From: Octopus sinensis
Lineage: Eukaryota
Direction: 5' to 3'
DNA length: 64,000 nt
Assembly: GCF_006345805.1 (NCBI RefSeq)
Contig: NC_042998.1
Location: 148,552,001 to 148,616,000 of the forward strand
The translations under genes were made by a program, and so were the position numbers. This document shows, in pieces, positions 41,952 to 55,393 of the stretch. The notes under the pieces are model-generated. The model searched no databases, had not been told where the DNA came from, and was given only the letters and a program-made list of their open reading frames with translations. How positions within the stretch are numbered: the first letter of the stretch is position 1; each line of letters opens with the position of its first letter.

Positions 41952-44454
41952 GATGGCTGTCAACTCGTAACTAAGTATGACCAATACTTTGGTGATGCCT
42001 GTGCAAAATTGTAGGTTCAATAACTCTTATACGACGTCATTGACCCTCTCCACTCGAATGACATGATGCAGAGACAAGCCGAGGCAAGATATCTATTGCT
42101 AATATGGGTCCCAGACTCAGGAATGTGCAAGTACCATGATTTCAAGCACAAGCAGAATATTTCCAAACTGTTCAGTGGCATTCCATGCATATCCAACTTT
42201 ATATTGGATTGACTTATTCCTAGAAAGTAATGCTTTAACAAAAGTTAAGGGTCTTCCAGTACGCCGGACACCGATTTGTCAAAAGGACGGATGAACCTAA
42301 GTACAACGTCTATTCATATATATATGAATATATATACATATATATATGTATGTATATGAATATATATATGTCTGTATATATATGTATATATATATATGTA
42401 TATATGCATATATATATATATATTTCTCTATCTCTCCATCCATCCATCTGTCCATCCATACATAAACACCCACACACACATACGCGCATATATTTACATT
42501 TACATTTATATTTTTACAGTTATTACATATTCTGGGTTTCAGAATTTCATGGTTTTCAACAATAAATATTATTGATGGTAACTTACTTTATTTAGTGTCG
42601 CGAGAGAAAAAAATAAGATGGAGATCTATATATTGGCACCTTGTACGATTCTCGTTGTCTTTTTTTTTTCGATATGTCTTTATTTTTTCATTTGTATAGC
42701 GACTAATAAGTTGTTTTATACACATGATTTTACAAAATTTGAATACCAGCTTAGTTTCTTTAATTATTGGTAAATGTATCATTTTAATATATATCATAAT
42801 CTGTGGAGACGTGGTTTGTATTTTTCAGCAAATGTTTTTTTTATTTATTGATCTGCGTTTAGTTTCTGTTAGTTGTTAAACCAGAGTTGTAATGGGAAGA
42901 TTTGGTGATTGGGGATTTCTTTTTTGTTGCACACACAAAGAAAACTAACTCTAAACTTCCATGCACGGGTATTTGACTTGCACTGGTATTTCATATTTAC
43001 TGGCGATGAACAGTCATTGCATGTGTCTGAAAGAACATCTCCTCTCTATCATCCATCTCCTTTTGCTAAGACCATGTGCTCCTCTGAACTAGCTTGCAGT
43101 TTACAATAGTATCTCAAGCCACCGGAAGGTCGCGCTTCTCTTAAGGCATGCAACGTTTGATTGATGATAAAATGTTAGTGCTCTTCCATGAAAACTGCTA
43201 CACAATGTCTCAATATACATATCAAATATTTAAAGCGTTAAATGAATAGAAGAAAAATCTACATTGAGTTAAAATGGTATTTTATTTCAGCCAAAATTGG
43301 ATTTAGGTCTGATAATAAAGAAATACTCATCAAATTTTAATTTTCACTACCAGCATTCAGCTATGTTAATCTCTCAGCAGTTCTTTGACAATTAGAGTGT
43401 CCTCAGCTCCTTGGCCTCAGCTGTTTTCTCTATCTTAATTAAGAGAATTGTAGTCCGTACTGTCTCAGTCAACTGGTGTCTTTGAGATTTTGTATTTTGA
43501 GCAGGAATATTGGACAGTGATCTCTTTACTTATTAACGTGGAGTAGTAAATAAACCGAATTATTTAGTGCTATGTTTCTCCTCAATACGCTTCGCATTCA
43601 ATTCTAGCTAATGTGAAATGTGTTTTCTACCACCCAGATTCAATAAAATATGTACTGGGACAATTTCGGTCAATACACCCGGCTAAATAAAATTTTAACT
43701 TTGTAACAGTTGAAAAATCCGTTACAAACCTCCCCCTGTCTCTCTCTCCTTCTCTCCCCAACTCTCTCTCTCTCTCTCTCTCTCTCTATTATACACAATA
43801 AAGAACCTGCTCTCTTATCCGCAGTAAAACGTATCTTTTGTATACTTGACTTGTACTCGAATTTCGTAATAGTTGACGATATATATTCATTTCATTTGTC
43901 TAAAACTTTATTTATCCCCCCTTTATTTCCATGAAAAGTCGTCTACCCGCTGTTTATTCTCCCTCTGCTTCTACTACATAATGCTTTGTACTTCTGTTAA
44001 CTAGTTCGATTGCTTACAATCGAACTCCAAAACACTAGATGTAGCCACTCTTCCTGATACAAGAAGCCGCTCTCCATTGTTATGATATAAGTGTCTATTG
44101 TTTCAGGAATTAAGAGGATGAATCCGTGAAGAAAGTGTTGGTTCTGTGAATTGCAGTTGCTATGAGTTAACAGGAAAATTGTGATTGTGCATGGCACTAC
44201 CAGTTTAATGGAAATGGCACCTAAGATTAATGTCAATGTTGACGCGCTTGTTTCAACGCAGACCAATCGAGCTTTGAAAAGATAAATAATCAAATGCGTT
44301 CCAACCGCGACCATCAGACCTTTTTGTATATCATGAATTACATTGTCCAAATGTTTCCTTCTTTAAAGAGCCTGGGCTTTTGTTTGCTATTTCTGTCAAA
44401 TCGAATGCTTATGCTGTAGGAGCTCGCTCCTTGCTTCATTTAATATATATATAT

Positions 44455-44538
<84 letters not shown>

Positions 44539-44749
44539 CTGTCAGGGACACACAGTAGAAATGGTCACATGATACAACCCATCGAATGGTAAGCTTGCTG
44601 ACCAAACTTGACAAACTCCAATTTTATATATGCGTATAAAACCTAAACCCACAATTCCACCTACATATATATACACATAAATATACACACGTACATTCAT
44701 ACAGAAACTAGCCTGCAGGTATGCTTCCTCTACCAGCGCCTCAGTTTTC

Positions 44750-45673
44750 TTGGCCACTAACATAAACACATCCACAGACGCAAAATATAGAAATAAACAC
44801 ACGCAAACACGAACATACAAGATTACGAATAACGCCGTTAGCCGTGCTTCGTATGTACAAACGGCATACATCATCCATAGCCACACACATATACATGCAT
44901 ATATGCATACATACGCACATACATACATAAATACGTACATACATAGATACATACATACAGACGGACAAACAGACGTACGTAAGTACATACACGTATACAT
45001 ATATGCACAAGAACTTACACGAACATTTCACTTCCTCCAGCAATTCCCCACCATCACTGCTACCACAGGCGCCACATACACATACACACATGCACGAATG
45101 TACGCACACACACACACACACACATACACGAACCACACACACGCACACGCAGACACAAACATGTACATAACACTCGTACATACAGCTACACGTGCAAGTA
45201 CATTACCTATACCATCGCCACAAACACTGCCTTCACACAAACGAAGACGATGACGAAGACGACAACGCCGACCACCACCACCCGCCGCCGCCGCCGCCGC
45301 GCCGCCGTCACCGTCACCACCGCCGCCGTCACCGCCGCCGTCGCCTCCACCGTGACTGCCACCGCCATCACCAGCACCACCACAAGCACCAGCATCAGCA
45401 CCACCAACACCGCCGCCGACGCCGACGCCGCCGCCGCCACCACCACCACCACCACCACCACCACCACGTCCATAATTAACTAATGCCGTATCTCGCATCA
45501 ATCACACACACACACACACACACAGACACATACCCACATAGACACACATACACGCACATTCACCGTATTTTATATTTCCACTTCCCATGAAACGCATTGG
45601 CACACACATGCATGCATATGTGCATACATACACATACATGCATATGCATACATATATACATATATGTGTGTGT

Positions 45674-45710
<37 letters not shown>

Positions 45711-45971
45711 ATAAAGGATCGTGGGTGTATATATATATGTGTGTGTGTGTGTTTGTATGTGTGCATGTGTATATGTGTGTATACACACACACACACACAC
45801 AAGTATGCACTCACGAGACATACGCACAATCACGCACGTTGCCAGAGGACTTATACAACTCCGCGCTTACACATGCGAAACATCTCACGCCACACACACA
45901 CACACACACACACATACATATATATATATACACATACATATATATACATATACACATACATGCATGCGTAC

Positions 45972-46019
<48 letters not shown>

Positions 46020-46913
46020 ATATGTATATACATGCAAGCACAATTCCTGCTGCCGCCAGCATCGTTCCAAAGCCGCTGCCACCCTCTCATCCAGCTCCAC
46101 TATTAGCACAATCCATCCCACCCCACCATCTACTTCAAGCACCACTTATTTCCGCCAACGCCGCCTTATTATAGCTGTACCTCCTAAACATTTAACGCAC
46201 AATCCTGCCTCTCCCTCTTCCTCTCTCTCGTTATACAAGCCTGTATGCGTGCAGCTTTGCATTCGCACTCACATACACACACACACGCACTCAAGCACAT
46301 ATCACAACACACACACACACACGCACACACACACGCGCGCGCACACACACACACAAACTTGCATACAACTGTACACTTACACACTCAAACAGTACCAGCG
46401 ATTCCACCAAAGTGTAAACCATCACCGCCGCCACCACCACCACCACCACCACCACCACCACCACCACCGCAACCACCACCGCAACCACACCACCACCACC
46501 ACCACCACTGCAACTACTACCACCACCGCAACCATCAGCACCACCTTCAACCACCATCTTCAACCTATATCCTGATGCACATGCACACAGCTAAGCACGC
46601 GAAATCATGCTCCACATCGCCTGTGGCATTAATCCATCACCACTACCACCACCACCATCACAACAACTATCACCACTACCACCACTGCTGCCGCCACCAC
46701 CGCCACCGCTGCCACCAGCACTAACCTCACTGCCAACAACAACAACAACGCAGAAACATTTCCCCGAACGAACACGCACACATGCGCCCTCTCTCGCTCT
46801 CCCTCGCTCTCTCACGTACACACATACACATAGACACATCACACACGCACGCAGTCTGGCATATACACACACACACATTTACAGAGATATATAGAAAATG
46901 AAAAAGAGAGAGA

Positions 46914-46944
<31 letters not shown>

Positions 46945-47410
46945 AGCGAGAGCGAAGCTTTCTCTACAATCACCGACCTTCAACCTCTACTGCTTATAAT
47001 CACCACAACCAACTTCTCTCTCCACAACACCAGCGCCATCATTAAAATAATCACCGCTATCGCCATTTCGACCATATCTATAACCTCCACCACCATCATA
47101 TCACCTCCTCCTCTACCACCACCACCTCCACCACCATCTCCACCACCATATCACATCACCTCCTCCACCACCACCACCACTATTACCGTAATTCTAATTA
47201 CAGTTACCTCTTTTCATCGTCGTCACTGCCACCACCACCACCACCACCACCACCAGCACCACCACCGCTACCATCGTCACCAGCATCACTATCATCATCA
47301 CTACTATCTCAACCATTACCATCACCTCTACACCTGCCGTCACGATTTCTACTCCACCATCGTAGCCACCGTTAACACCATCGTCGCCAACACCACCACC
47401 ACCATTCCCT
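44750..47410. repeat. C/A-rich low-complexity field: (CA)n, (ACC)n, (CCG)n, (TA)n
   Basis: Directly visible. Confidence 0.9.
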
Positions 47411-48429
47411 CCCACATCCACGGTTCGAGTCCAATTAGCAGCTCCTTCAGTTCCTTGATCGATAACTGCCGTGAACTGTGCCATGTTACGAAATCAATAG
47501 CCTGTATAAGTGTGCGTGTTTGAGCGCGCGCGCGCGCGTGTCTATGTGTCTGTCTGTCTGTCAGTCTCTCTGTCAGTCTGTCTGCCTCTCTGTCTGTCCG
47601 TCTGTCTGTTAACCTCTCTGTCTGTGAGTCGGTTTGGATGTATGTCTGTACTTGCTTACCTCTCTTTCTTGTTTGACTGCCTGTCAGCCCGCCCGGCTGT
47701 CTTTCTGGCTGTCAGCCTCTGTGCTTGCCTGCCTGCCTGCATGCCGGTCATTCTGTCTGTCTGTCTCTGACGTCTTCCATCAGAAACAACCACCTGGAAC
47801 CATTTGCGTAAGATCGCTTACGTGATAACCAAATACGGTGGTGCCGAGGTAGAATGGTTACTCAGTGGTATTGGATAATGATGGCTGGGTGGGTGAAGGA
47901 TGGTAAATTGTTATGCTGGATGTAGTGGGAGGTCGGTAGTAGTTGTAAGATGGTGGTGGTGCATGAGAAGTAGAGAGCGGTGGGTGGTTTTAAGCGGGTA
48001 ACGAGAGTGGTACGATGTTAGTAGAAAGGTGTGGGAAGGATTGGTATGAGAGAATGAGATAGACGGTTGTTGTTGCTAATGGTCAAACATGTTCCATCCG
48101 TGACCATCCTGTCTTTTGCCTATGTAGAGAGAATCTAGGGCCGTTTACACTCGTCATTTTCTGAGACGGTACGGTATGATTTGAGAAAGATTTGGCTACT
48201 ATTTTAGAAGGTTATGGACGTTGTGTACAGTTATTTTTTATTGCCTCTGTAGTGGATAGTTTATAGATGGTGGTATGATGAGTGGGGATTGGAGTGGTAG
48301 TAGTGAATGGTATGAAATGCGGTTGTGGGGGGGATATGACTGTTAATGTTTAACTTCAGACAATCACGAAGACCAGTGTTAAAAGACGTTCTAATCATGA
48401 TGATCCAGTATTACTTCGAGACATATATC

Positions 48430-48830
48430 TATTTTAGCTTTAGGTCTTCTAGTACTACTCAGTACGCTGAGCGACAAGACCTTCTCCTACTGGGTTTGGT
48501 CAGCTGCTTCTCTTGCACATCCATGCCGCATAATGATGATTATTTTCAGGTCATCTTGAAATGTCTGCCGACAGGTGATATCCAGGTCATTGTTTTTAAG
48601 TGCTGTCGATTGGCTAGACGACGAATGTGGCCAGCCAGGCAAAATCAAAGCTCTGCTACAATCTCTTGCAATGGTCATGACATTGCTCTTATCAGAATCT
48701 CCTCTTGTGACACAGTTCCACCAGTTGACTCGTAGGATCTTCCTCAGGCACTTTTGGTGTTTAGTTTTCTAACCGACTCTTACGGTGCTCTGATATATCT
48801 CTGATGTAGATTGCAGTTAACAGAACGATG
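48430..48830 (-). mobile_element. RTE-clade LINE 3' fragment
   Basis: Minus strand HQKCLRKILRVNWWNCVT...LPGWPH...TFQDDLK...HGCAREAADQTQ*EK matches RTE C-terminal motifs (HQRCLRKIL.I.W; A.DR..WR). Confidence 0.7.
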
Positions 48831-49337
48831 AAGTAATATAAATGAAATTTCACACCAAAGATTCGTCACCAAATATGGCTTTTCCTTAAGACTACAGGGT
48901 CTGAGGTGCGGGAGGATTTGTCCACTATAGATGTATTCATTAATTGTAATGACTGCAAAATGCTAGTGGAGGGTGAACCTGAATGGTAGATTCTTGTGTC
49001 AGTAATACGGTGATCCGCAAAGACAGTCCAGCTGTGACCATTCCAGTTTTAGATGATATAGTTACCGTCGACGACATTATCCGATGTGTCATTTTATCAA
49101 AACGGCGTGTTGCGATTTTAGAAAGGCTGGTAGCAAGCTAGACTTCATGCAGGCTCAACAATATGATGCTGACTGAAAAAAGCTCTTCGCTATCTCACTT
49201 CCATTGTTTGGAAAGCAGTGCTGTGTGGTCACTGACGATTCTTTAAAACCTGTTGGCTCGATGTTCATGTAATATGGCTGATAAAATAGAAGTATGTTTA
49301 CATATACATACACGCACACATACATGTATATATGCGC

Positions 49338-49339
<2 letters not shown>

Positions 49340-49418
<79 letters not shown>

Positions 49419-49425
49419 TGTGTGT
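49340..49425. repeat. long (TG)n microsatellite
   Basis: Directly visible. Confidence 0.95.
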
Positions 49426-49919
49426 GATTAATGCGACTTGAATTGGCTGTGGTGTTAGTTGTGAATAGTGACGAACTTAATCCTGTAGCGAATCTATTGG
49501 ATGATTTCCTTGTTAATGTTTTTATTATTTTTTAAACTCTATTTTAGTCCTAATCGTGACCAGCTCGCATTTCCTTCTGAAATATAGAATAACTAAGAAT
49601 ACAATACCAAGAGATAGTGATTTGAGAAAGATTTGGCTGCTATTTCTAGCAGGTAAATCAGCCGTATAGAGACTAAAAATATTCGCTGTCATAACTGTTG
49701 TTGTTGTTGGTTGTTGTTGGTTGTTGTTGGTTGTTGTTGTTGTTGCTGTTTGGCCCAAGATCAACCCTCTGCGAACCAACCTATGATCAAAGAGATTCCA
49801 TCCTTGGCCAACACCCATCGTTCCTATTGTGCAGAAAACCTCTATCAGATATGTCCTTTAAGACATAGTGAAGATATTGTGTGATTTGAGATAGTTTGAC
49901 TATTATTTCTAGTAAATCA

Positions 49920-50823
49920 TACTGGTGAATGGTAGTGGTAGTGGTGTTGGTGGCGTTGGCAGTAGTGGTGTTGTTTCCAACTGAATAGCTATTGCTGCTG
50001 CTGCCGCTGCTGCTTTTGTTGTTGCTTAACCTCAAATCAATCGTGATCGACCTACACAGGATCAAAGACAGTCATCATCACCCCGCCGCCACTATCATCC
50101 TCCTCCTCCTCCTTCTCCTCCTCCTCATCATCATTATCAACACCGTCAGCAAACCACACTTCCATAACATCCGTCATAACCACCACCACCACCACCACCA
50201 CCACCACCACCATCACTACCACCACCACCACCACCATCACTACCACCACTATCACCACCACAATCACCAGCACTATCAACATCATTATCATCATTATCAT
50301 CGTCATCATCACCAGAAGAACAATAGCATCACAAATACCGTCGCTGCCACTGCCACCGCCACCAAAAGAACATCAACCGTTACTTCAAGCACCACCACCA
50401 CCACCGCCGCCGCCGCCGCCGCCACCACCACCACCATCACCACCACCGCCACCACCACCACCACTACCATCACTTCCTACCACTACCTCTACTACTACCA
50501 TCACCCACTAACAACCAATTGATTACATTCTCAGTTTCTTGCCTACATCCATGTCCTTGTTAACCTTTTTACCTCTTCTTTATCTTCTCTTTTTACTTTT
50601 CCTGCTGCACCTTCCGCGTTCTCCACCTTCTCCGCCAGATTATCACCACCACCACCATGAGCATCATCATCATCGTCATCATTATCATCATCATCATCAT
50701 CATCATCATCATTATCATCTGCCGCAATCATCATCATGATTATCATCGCAATAGTCATCATCATCAATCATTAAAATTTTTCTTCTCTTGCTCACCATAA
50801 TCCTCGTTATAGTCATCATCATC

Positions 50824-50860
<37 letters not shown>

Positions 50861-51070
50861 CCATCACCATCATCATTATCACCATCATTTCCATCATCTT
50901 CATCTTCATCGTCGTCATGATCTTCCTCTTTCTTACTCACCATCATCGCCGATCATCGTCGACGTCGTCGTCGTTTCCAGTGTTCTCATCGTCACCGTTA
51001 TCAACCAACCAGCCAACCAACCAACCAACCAACCAGCCGCCCCGACCATCCCCCACACCACCACCATCAG
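49920..51070. repeat. (ACC)n/(CAT)n/(CCT)n low-complexity field
   Basis: Directly visible. Confidence 0.9.
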
Positions 51071-51400
51071 CTGCTGCCGTATTTTCTTAGTTTTCCTGTT
51101 ATTCATCATGCTTTCCCCCTTCATCTTCTCTCTCTCATTCTTTCATCTCCAGAATCACCGCCAACCCTCTCCCTACCACTACCCTACTCCCAAATCTCTC
51201 ACGCTAACCTCCACTCTCCCCGCCACCAACCCATCATCGATGCTAAAATTCTACACACGGAAGAACGGGCGCCTGGAGTCTTCCGTCTTTTACACGTCAG
51301 CTGGTAGATCGCTCCTAGCTACACGCTTCGTAGACACACGCATGCACACGCCCGTGCACACACAAACACATACACACACACACACACACACAGAGGCACG

Positions 51401-51434
<34 letters not shown>

Positions 51435-51537
51435 GAAGCACGCATACGAAGGCACATACTCATACATTAAGATAAACATGCCTGTATGCGCTCATTTAAC
51501 GTACATTCACGCACATATACATACACACATACATACA

Positions 51538-51584
<47 letters not shown>

Positions 51585-51838
51585 TCATACATAAGTCACA
51601 AGAGCATATATATATATATATTTAAATGTTTAAATGTATGCGTGTATACATATACATGAGCATACACAGTTACATATAAATGAACTTGCATATGCATGTG
51701 TAATATGTATACATATATACACACACATATATATATGTATGTGTACATATACATATATATATGTGTACATATACGTATATATATGTATGTATATGTACGT
51801 ATATGTATACATACACACACACATATATATATATATAC

Positions 51839-51885
<47 letters not shown>

Positions 51886-52787
51886 CTCATACACATACGC
51901 AAGGGGGCTCACACATAAAGGCACAAATATATTTTGTCGTATGTACATATGTGTAAGCATTTATATATGTGTCTGTGTTTATATATTATATGCATGTATA
52001 TATGCATATGTGATTATGTATGAGTATATGGGGTGTAAGAGTCTGAAAGTAGTGCGATTACAGATGTCGCCACGATGTGCAATACATCAGTAGGAATGTG
52101 TCTTTCATGTAAATGCACACGCGCGCGCGCACACACACGCACACACCTACACAAGCACGAACATATACACATACACACATAGTCACGCACACACGCGTCC
52201 GTATTCGTATATAGACACACCAGGACAATTAAAACGTACAGCAGTTACCGGGACTAGATAAATGCATGCATATACTTCGCTTCTTCTTACATATATACAT
52301 ACATATAAACACATACATACATACGTACATACATACATGCATACGTATATATACGTACGTATACGTACACACATGCATATATACATACATACATATGTAC
52401 ATACGTGCATGGAAACATATATACATGCACATATACGTACGTGCATACATACATGCATAAATGCATGCATAAATACATACATGCATAAAAGTCATACATA
52501 CACACATATACACATACAAACATATATACATACATACATACATACATACATAAACACATACTACATACACACACATATGCAAACACATACATAGCTGTTA
52601 AAAGCATATAAATTTACGTAGTTTTTGTATGCACCATCGTATACTAAATACAGTGTACGAAGAAATACTTATACATCTATCTATCTGTTCGTTTGTCTAT
52701 AGCCTTCTGTCCCTTTACACACCTATGCACACACGTGTGTATGTATATGTCTATGCATATATGTGTGTGTGTGTATGTATGTATGTA

Positions 52788-52895
<108 letters not shown>

Positions 52896-52918
52896 GTATA
52901 TAAGTATATGTATATGTA

Positions 52919-52965
<47 letters not shown>

Positions 52966-52967
<2 letters not shown>

Positions 52968-54888
52968 TGTCCAAGACCTCATCTCGTCCTCCCGTCTCCC
53001 CCGCACCGCATCCAACCTAATTGTGCGAACCCCACGTACCCCCACCATTTACTTCCTCCCCAAAATCCACAAACCCAACAACCCTGGCCGCCCCATCGTC
53101 TCCGCCTGTAACTGCCCCACGGAGCTCATCTCTAAATACCTCGACCGTGTCCTTGCCCCCCTAGTGGCATCTCTTCCCTCCCACATCCACGATACCAACC
53201 ATGCTCTCCGGCTTTTCAACTCTTTCTCCTTTCCTCCCGGCTCCTCCAAAATCCTTTTTACTATGGACATCCAAAGCCTCTATACTGTTATCCCTCACCA
53301 CGAAGGACTGCAGGCCCTTCGACACTTTCTTGACCTCCGCCCTAACCCTGTACCTGACACCTCCACACTCATTCGTCTGGCCGAACTTGTCCTTACTCTG
53401 AACTGCTTCTCGTTCGCGGGCGAGTTCTACCATCAGGTCTCGGGAGTGGCCATGGGAACGCGAATGGGCCCCAACTATGCGAACCTGTTCGTTGGCTATG
53501 TTGAGGCCCAAATATTCTCTAATTTCACTGGTCCCACTCCTGAACTATATGGTCGTTATATTGACGACATTATCGGTGCCACCTCACTCTCCCGCGAACA
53601 TCTAGATTCCTTCCTCTCTTTCGTCCAATCTTTCCATCCAGCCCTCCACTTCACTTCCACTATCTCCAACACCTCTGTCTCCTTCCTCGACATTTCGGTT
53701 AGCATTCTTCACTCCACTCTTACCACCTCCATTCACTACAAACACACAGACTCACACTCATACCTCAACTTCTCTTCCTCCCACCCAGAACACACCAAGC
53801 TTTCCATCCCCTATTCCCAATTCCTCCGTCTACGTAGGCTCTGTAGTGACGACCATGACTTTGAGACTCAGTCTCAACGTATGGCTCACCACTTCACCCT
53901 ACGTGGATACCCCCTTACCACTATCCACACCGCCCTTGCCAGAGCACGGTCCGTGGACCGTGTATCTGCTCTCTCTCCCCGAACCCGCCCTGAAGTCTCC
54001 CGCCTCCCTTTTCCCCTCACTTACCACCCCACGACCCTACGTCTCCAACGCACCATTCTTCGAGCTTTCCGTCATCTCCAGTCCGACCCGTCCACTTCAC
54101 ACCTCTTCCCTAACCGACCCCTCCCCTCTTTCAAACGAGCCCACAACCTTCGAGACCTTTTGGTCCATAGCTCCTTCCCTGACCCTACCTCCCAACCCGG
54201 CTCGTTCCCCTGCTCCCGCCCACGTTGCCGCACTTGCCCTTACCTCTCCAACACCACCCGCCTCACTAGCACCCACCATCGACCCTATCCCATCATCCAC
54301 TCCTTCACCTGCACCTCCAGCAATATTATCTATTGCATCTCTTGTTCTCTCTGCAATTCCTTGTACATCGGACAAACGGGACGCCGCTTGGCTGACCGGT
54401 TCGCGGAACACCTTCGTGACATCCACCTTGCGAACGACACACCGGTCTCACGCCATTTCCGCTCCACCGGTCACTCCTTGCAACACCTATCTGTGTTCGG
54501 TTTGTCCTTACACAGAGGCCATCCGGATTCCCGTTTGCGCCGTGAACAGGAATTAATCTTCTCTCTTCGCTCTTATACGCCATTTGGTCTCAACTCTCCC
54601 CCCCCTCCTCATCTAACCCCCTCCCCCTCCTCACCTATCCTTTCTCCCCCCGACCCCTACTTCTTCAGTCCTTCATCCTTTCACCCTTACTCCCCTTCCC
54701 TTCTTCCCTCTTTCTCCCTCCCTCTTCCCCTTCCCTCTGCTCCCTCTCTCCCCTTCCTTCTCCCCCATCCTCTCCTCTTCCCCCTTCTCCTCCCCCTCTT
54801 CTTCCCCTCCCCTTCTCCCCCTCCCCCTCTTCTCCTCACTACACCACATGACTTTACACATCACATCACATATGATGTGCCATACTAA
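52966..54888 (+). CDS. Penelope-type reverse transcriptase plus C-terminal GIY-YIG endonuclease (N-terminally truncated)
   Basis: [29 protein letters not shown] (motif A), [18 protein letters not shown] (B'), RYIDDI (C), [19 protein letters not shown] knuckle, [29 protein letters not shown]...H...E..LI..L...P.GLN. There are no internal stops. The ORF-track start at 52693 is flanking microsatellite. Confidence 0.92.
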
Positions 54889-55122
54889 TACACACACCAA
54901 CTAATACATACTAATACGTACTAATACATACTAGTACATACTAATACTTACACCAACCCTATACATACACACGTCCAGACCCCGCATACGCACTTATATT
55001 CTCTCACACACACACACACCTATACATACCAATACGTACTAATACATACTAATACATACTAATACATACACCAACCCCATACATACGCACGTCCAGACCA
55101 ATCCTACGCACTAATACTCTCT

Positions 55123-55159
<37 letters not shown>

Positions 55160-55225
55160 ATACATACTAATACATACACCAACCCTATACATACACACAT
55201 CCAGACCCCTCCCACGCACTTTTAG
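54886..55225 (+). repeat. three-unit tandem repeat in the PLE 3' UTR, built of CTAATACATA-type subrepeats
   Basis: ACACCAACCC(T/C)ATACATAC(A/G)CAC(G/A)TCCAGACC recurs at about 54950, 55068 and 55177. Confidence 0.8.
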
Positions 55226-55393
55226 CTGGTTCCTCAACCCCTTTTATCAACCCTATTATCTCCCCTTATTTCGCTCTCGCGTCTCATGTTTGATCTTTGA
55301 CCTCTGGCCGAAATCAGATCGCCATGTTGATTCGTTAGCTACTGCACGCATTTTTTTTCTCTCCTTCTTTCTGTGTTTTTCTCTCTCTGTGTA

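Larger units (their letters stand above)
48075..49915 (+). repeat. three diverged copies of a short (GTT)n-associated dispersed repeat (48075-48210, 49590-49680, 49745-49915); possible fourth at 10690-10862 (minus)
   Basis: Shared GATTTGAGAAAGATTTGGCT(A/G)CTATTT(C)TAG at about 48178, 49619 and 49888, and TGATCAAA...TTCCATCC near 48083 and 49785. Confidence 0.55.

Noticed and set aside
43990-44400. Possible mariner-like peptides (RKCWF, KCVP) and the 117-aa minus ORF
   Set aside because: The similarity is too fragmentary to call, and there is no recognisable domain.
47194-47484. MAQFTAVIDQGT resembling the glycerol kinase N-terminus
   Set aside because: The expected TSSR/SSTR does not follow, and the frame runs straight into GGT repeats.
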